This document shows, one piece after another, positions 60,301-64,000 of a DNA stretch of 64,000 nt; positions within the stretch are counted from its first letter, which is position 1; every line of letters starts with the position of its first letter. The stretch is from Botryllus schlosseri. Taxonomy: Eukaryota. A program made the translations under genes and the position numbers. The notes beneath the pieces were generated by a model. It ran no database searches. It saw only the letters and a program-made list of their open reading frames with translations, and was not told the DNA's origin. The stretch covers positions 20,274,001 to 20,338,000 of the forward strand of contig CM119378.1 of assembly GCA_051294905.1 (NCBI GenBank), given 5' to 3'.

Positions 60301-60593
60301 ACGTCATCAAGTTCCTCTCGATCTTCGATCTCGACTCCCGTCCTCGCAGGTCAGTCACGTCACCAACATGTCACCGTCGCGCTCCGCTCACTCTCCCACC
60401 ATTCTCGTTTTCAGTTGTCGCCGCGATCGTGGTCGTCTGTATCCTTCTTATGATCGCGGTCCTGTTACGTCGCTACCTATGTCACAGAGCCTCCTATCGC
60501 GTCACTGATACGCTACAGCTGAAGCCGCTCAACAAAGACGAAGAAACCGGGAAAGAGCAAGAGGAAAAAACAAAAAAAGAATGGCTAGTTTGA
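54317..60593 (+). CDS. Small single-pass membrane glycoprotein, glycophorin-C/neurexin/CADM-tail-like, 163 aa
   Basis: Predicted exons 54317-54362, 54432-54545, 54808-54906, 60296-60349 and 60415-60593. All four introns are GT-AG phase 1 and the joined frame is open. Ser/Thr-rich ectodomain, TM VLAVVAAIVVVCILLMIAVLL, juxtamembrane RRYLCHRASY and C-terminal KKEWLV. Extra exons in the 5.4-kb intron cannot be excluded. Confidence 0.72.
55113..56604. mobile_element. 1.5-kb TIR element of unclear superfamily
   Basis: 13-bp TIRs TTAGGGTGGAGCC / GGCTCCACCCTAA flanked by GTC on both sides. Removing it restores a GAGTC repeat (CCGAGTCATTG). ACTCAG/CTGAGT subterminal motifs. Confidence 0.7.
56935..59758 (+). 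mobile_element. L2/CR1-clade LINE remnant: 5'-truncated, internally deleted and frameshifted
   Basis: End of the endonuclease domain (SCDHFAV), tether PWF...AKRLRRKLERQWR, RT motifs GPLLYLLY and CYADDTQ, C-terminus LVISRRDCGN...LHWLPV...YGDRTFS, and 3' end GCGCTCTATAAAT with a (TAT)n tail. Split by a hAT at 57603-58683. Confidence 0.9.
57603..58683. mobile_element. Non-autonomous Buster/Charlie-type hAT (composite), sister of 18343-19214
   Basis: Perfect TIRs CAGGGGTGGGCAAACT and perfect TSD CTCTACCT. Contains a nested MITE at 58209-58525 (CAGTGATTCTCAAACT / AGTTTGAGAACCACTG, 6/8 TSD). Confidence 0.93.
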
Positions 60594-61254
60594 CTACGTG
60601 ACAGCGACAATCATATCACCGAGCTGCTTACAATCCCTTTTAATCTCAGTCTTTTTTCTGTTTTGTATTTCCGACTTTATGCCACTTTATGCCTTTCCAG
60701 CGATGAGATGAAATGATGGACTGAGGCTGATGAGATTTTCTTATAGAAGGTTGACTCGACTCGACTCGGGCAGCTTGCCAGGCAGATTAGTGGCTCAGTG
60801 GCCTTGCATCAGGAAATACAGTCGTCTCCGCTTTAATCCGGACACCGGGTAGTCCGGACAACCGCTTTATCCGGCCAAAATGGTAGGGAACGGAATAAAA
60901 TTAAAAATTGCATGTAAAAAACTCCGGGTGATTCGTTAGGTTATAGTCAGCCCGTGTTATTTTTGGCATTTCGGGAACCAAAATATAGATTTTTAGGAGC
61001 GTTTTAGGTAGAAATGCCAACAAGTATTGAAATAAGTCTGGATGAAGCGACAAAATAAGTGTGTAACGCTAAATTCCTAAATTGAGGCCCGTGAACCCTT
61101 CGAAAGGCTGCGGTCTCTACCGTCCAAGGGATATAGGCCTATGTAAGGAGAATGAAAATCTTAGTGTCAAGGCAAAATAGTCGAGTACTAAAATCTAGAT
61201 TAACGATATACTGTTGGTTGATTGATCGACCCTGATGATATCCAGCATTTAGAG

Positions 61255-62110
61255 CAGGGGTTCTCAAACCGCGGCCCGCGACATCTTTCATTATGAACGC
61301 AATTATTACTGACACGGTATTGTGAGATGTTGATTTAGCTACTTAGCTCTTCTATCGCACCGTCTCTGTTTCGTTTGATTACTCATGCTTTGATGTGTTC
61401 TGGTTTCTTGATTTATGCTCGAGTTTAGATTGTTATTATTTTAAATCGGGTACTCCGCTGGAGTCTGGTTTGGGAGAATCCAGCTATATAGGTTACTACA
61501 TTTTTTGAAAGACTGTTTCACTCACCGCGAATGGTTTGAACAGAAACAAGAGTAAGGAGCAGGAAATTAAACGGCAAAAACTGAGTTTGTAACTCTGCGT
61601 GGCACAATGAATTTGCTTTCTCAGATATTAAAGGAAAGCCGATGTGTCATATTTGTCGAAGTACAGTTCCCGTAAGAAGCGTAGAAGCTTAAAATGATAC
61701 CACGACAGTTTCTTCTGGAGTTAGACTTATCGCCTGATCTTAGAAAAAGCGTTGCTAGCTAGGTGTCAAGCTCAGCAATCCATAATTCGAGGCAATGTTG
61801 AAATTGCACACGACGTTACAGACGCATCGTTCAAATTTGCTTGGAATATCTCTAAATCCAGGAAGTCTGCTAGGGAAGGTGTGATTTCAATAACACCTTA
61901 ACACGCTGTGCGAATATTTGCTGTTTCCGGATCTTTGCAGCAAGAACAGTATCACCTGACAAATTTCGAAGCTAAAGTTGTCTGATTCAACCGTGACCAG
62001 AAGAGTAACAGCAATGTCAGTCGATCTTTTATCGCATGTTATGAAACATGTTGCTAGTAGAGTACTTTAACCTAGCATTGGGCGAATCCACCGATTCTGC
62101 AGACACTGAC
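61255..62110 (+). pseudogene. Degraded Buster/Charlie-type hAT left end and transposase fragments
   Basis: TIR CAGGGGTTCTCAAAC at 61255. Broken frames read AWHNEFAF...GKPMCHIC, DASFKFAWNISKSRK, KLSDSTVTRRV and FNLALGESTD. Confidence 0.75.
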
Positions 62111-63111
62111 TGCATAGCTAATTATCGGGGTGCATTTTATCACAGTGGACATATTTGCAGAGGAAATGCTGGCTGCTCAAATGGGGGAAGGGGACCACCG
62201 AAAAACTTCAACTTGACAAAGCTGACTTATGTAATTATTGGTGCAGTGCCCCCGCCATGAAAAGAAAGGAGAAGGGTTGATTGGTCTGCTCAGAAAGGAC
62301 TCTGAACGCCAGAGATCTTCTCGTAACACTGAGAGCTCAATGTAATAATGGCCTCTGTAACGAAAAAGGTGACGTAGTTAGGCTATATACTTAATTGCTC
62401 GCTCGCACATTGGAACAAAGAGTTCGGTTCTCTGGCGGAAGCGGTTGAAGGTGATTATACCGACCAGGCAACGACAAAGGCGTAACCAGAAAAAATATTT
62501 GGGGGGGGGCGAAAAATCCGATGACGTAAATGAGCCCCTGCCACCTAAAGATAAGGAAAAATGGGCTAAACGATGGTCTTGGGCCCTTATTGGATGATTA
62601 ACACAACACCTGAGGCGATCTTTATGCATATATTCCGCTCATATAAAGTGATGTGTGATTGTAGAAAACTGTGACGTCAATACTTTCGCGCGAAGCGCGA
62701 AAATTTTTTGGTTACAGAATGAAAATTGTTCATTATATTGTTACTTGCATATTGCAAATACGTTTTCATTATCAGATTTACCGGCAAAGCTGATAGAAGT
62801 GGTGTCATCGAACATTCAGGGCAAGTACACTTGAACTATGTTCATAACACACGGCAAGACTATTTAGAGCAGTGGTTCTCAACCGGTGATCCGCAAAGCC
62901 TTTTCAAGGGATCCACGAAAACTCCAAATTTGCAAAATGGTTGATAACCTAATAATAATAAACTATTTTTGGTTTGTTTTAAATTAGAGAGATGATGAAG
63001 CACTCTCGCTTCATAACTGCTGAAAGTTCAGGACTCACGTTAGTAGTTAAGTAGATCGGTCGCATGACGCAATGGGGTTCTTATGGGCGGGGTGGCGAGC
63101 TAACGAGAAAC

Positions 63112-63276
63112 CGGGGGTGGCGAACTAACGTTTTCGTCTTATGGCGGGGGTGGCGAACTAACGTTTTCGTCTTATGGCGGGGGTGGCGACCTAACGTTTT
63201 CGTCTTATGGCGGGGGTGGCGAACTAACGTTTTCGTCTTATGGCGGGGGTGGCGAGCTAACGTTTTCGTCTTATGG
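63112..63276 (+). repeat. 33-bp G-rich tandem repeat (5 units) in the Polinton terminal region
   Basis: CGGGGGTGGCGAACTAACGTTTTCGTCTTATGG x5, bracketed by a ~42-bp direct repeat at 63080-63121 and 63270-63311. Confidence 0.95.
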
Positions 63277-63930
63277 GCGGGGTGGTGAGCTAACGAGAAA
63301 CCGGGGGTGGCAAGCGGCTTTTATGTCTTATGGCGGCGGCGGCATGCGGCTATTGTGTCTTGTGGTCGCACGGTAACCCTTGTCAGCATAGGGATAGCTC
63401 GCACGCGGCTTCGTTGTTGGCATGTCGTACTTCGTGTTGAATATGTATCAAGTAAATAGTCATGTGATTGATCCTTAGGTAATGTGTATATTCCAAATTA
63501 CGGCGAGTACGACAATGATATATCGGTATTCTTATGGACGCGGCGACGATTCGTACTTTCAGGCATCTCTCGCGTGGTGTTGAATATGTACGAGTCACCA
63601 ACAATAACCGCGCAAACGGAAACGTGCTTGCAAGAGGATTAAGCAGTACAACCTATATTTCGAATAACCTGTGCACTGAATTATTTCTCGTCCAGCCGCT
63701 ACTATCGATTATTACACTAGACCAGTCAGTGTGAAATAGTTTGATCGTAAATTATGATATATGATGTCGTAGTTTAGTCGTGTCAAATGACCGATCGTGT
63801 TCTCTTTCCTCGCTATTGGTTCCCACCTGAATAATACTTTCGGCTTATTCGCTGTTTCGCACCTACAGAATAATCTGCTGTTCGCAGTCACAACAAGAAT
63901 CACAAGTATACACATTTACACATTCGTTTA

Positions 63931-64000
63931 TTACTCTGAAATCAAACTCTTCACAAAAGCACGTACAATCGTATCATTCACTTTTTTATCATCGCCAAAA
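63931..64000 (-). CDS. C-terminal 22 codons of a Polinton cysteine protease (partial, cut by the window edge)
   Basis: FGDDKKVNDTIVRAFVKSLISE*, identical in amino acids to the end of 19938-20383. Confidence 0.85.
   Translation of the reverse strand, partial: FGDDKKVNDTIVRAFVKSLISE

Larger units (their letters stand above)
63042..64000 (-). mobile_element. Polinton/Maverick copy 2: terminus and protease 3' end, continuing past the window
   Basis: Begins AGTAGT at 63042. Colinear reverse-complement homology with about 20315-21166, for example CAAATGACCGATCGTGTTCT, ACCTGAATAATACTTTC and ACAACAAGAATCACAAGTATACACATTT. Confidence 0.85.

Noticed and set aside
59813-60508. 231-aa plus-strand ORF
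   Set aside because: It runs through MITE remnants and an intron. Only 60296-60349 and 60415-60593 have splice support, and in other frames.
63064-63288. WRGWRTNVFVL repeat protein
   Set aside because: Translation of the 33-bp array in a terminal region that has no equivalent ORF in the sister copy.

Overview
Transposon-dense metazoan genomic DNA (not prokaryotic). Short 64-70 nt introns, splice acceptors just upstream of start codons and an operon-type poly(A)/acceptor junction suggest a tunicate/ascidian-like animal; this is an inference. Host genes: a minus-strand run of SNRPD3, YJU2, OTUD6B, PIGQ, an atypical intronless calpain and MOCS2A (24.5-40.4 kb), plus a plus-strand 5-exon, 163-aa glycophorin-C/neurexin-tail-like membrane protein (54.3-60.6 kb). 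Mobile DNA: an apparently intact Buster/Charlie-type hAT with perfect TSD; many non-autonomous hAT/MITE copies with resolvable TIRs and TSDs; a four-layer nested stack containing a TRIM-like mini LTR element with identical LTRs; LINE and SINE fragments; and two oppositely oriented copies of one Polinton/Maverick (adintovirus-like) family. Copy 1 has a capsid and protease remnant with a terminus at about 21166. Copy 2 starts at about 63042 and runs off the window. A 93-bp tandem array with one open frame lies at 1.1-3.4 kb, and there is a 155-N assembly gap at 42316-42470. All alignments were done by eye.
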